A stretch of DNA of 16,212 nt, taken from contig JAWOBN010000028.1 in the NCBI GenBank assembly GCA_046484245.1, positions 1-16,212 on the forward strand. Direction: 5' to 3'. Source of the stretch: a bacterium. GTDB taxonomy: Bacteria > Hydrothermota > 32-111. A program made the translations under genes and the position numbers. Under the pieces are notes generated by a model that was not told where the DNA came from, ran no database searches, and was given only the letters and a program-made list of their open reading frames with translations. Every line of letters begins with the position of its first letter. Positions within the stretch are counted from its first letter, which is position 1. This document shows, in pieces, positions 16,053 through 16,212 of this stretch.

Positions 16053-16144
16053 TGGTAAATTTAAGCCTGTAATTCCCAATAATAATTATCCCTTTTGAAG
16101 TAAGATAATCCCTGCAGTACCATGGCTTATCCCCTGAGATTAAT

Positions 16145-16210
16145 TCAGGTATCTACTTTGATGCACCTCATCACAAGAACACTGCCTGCATCAGTAAGAT
16201 AATGATATTT
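16145..16210 (-). CDS. Possible 3' end of an upstream gene running off the right edge
   Basis: Longest minus-strand frame open from the window edge: ...KYHYLTDAGSVLVMRCIKVDT*. Too short to identify. Confidence 0.3.
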   Translation of the reverse strand, partial: KYHYLTDAGSVLVMRCIKVDT

Positions 16211-16212
16211 CA

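Noticed and set aside
16061..16210. TGA read-through or selenocysteine joining the edge ORF to the in-frame 20-codon ORF
   Set aside because: An in-frame TAA follows five sense codons after the TGA.
1..16212. CRISPR array, IS element, prophage, tRNA/rRNA or riboswitch
   Set aside because: Coding density is high, intergenic gaps are short and mostly explained by promoters and terminators, and no repeat-spacer pattern, transposase/integrase motif or structured RNA was recognised.

Overview
AT-rich bacterial chromosomal window, probably from a diderm (TonB domain, LolA-like protein, probable outer-membrane beta-barrel). No rRNA, tRNA, CRISPR array or mobile element was seen. In order it holds: the 5' part of an FAD-dependent oxidoreductase (minus strand, missed by the ORF track); a divergent 1287-aa protein with two class III cyclase domains, a STAND NTPase and TPRs, resembling soluble adenylyl cyclase (ADCY10); a tightly coupled minus-strand cluster (small membrane protein, LolD-like ATPase, two LolC/E-like permeases, LolA-like protein, probable beta-barrel, Fe-dependent alcohol dehydrogenase); a small divergent hypothetical gene with a perfect sigma70 promoter; a stand-alone lipoprotein fusing a family-5 peptide-binding domain to a TonB C-terminal domain through an acidic linker; and a divergent EF-G paralogue (EF-G2 type). 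The SBP5-TonB_C fusion is the most unusual element. All calls come from reading motifs by eye; no database search was run.
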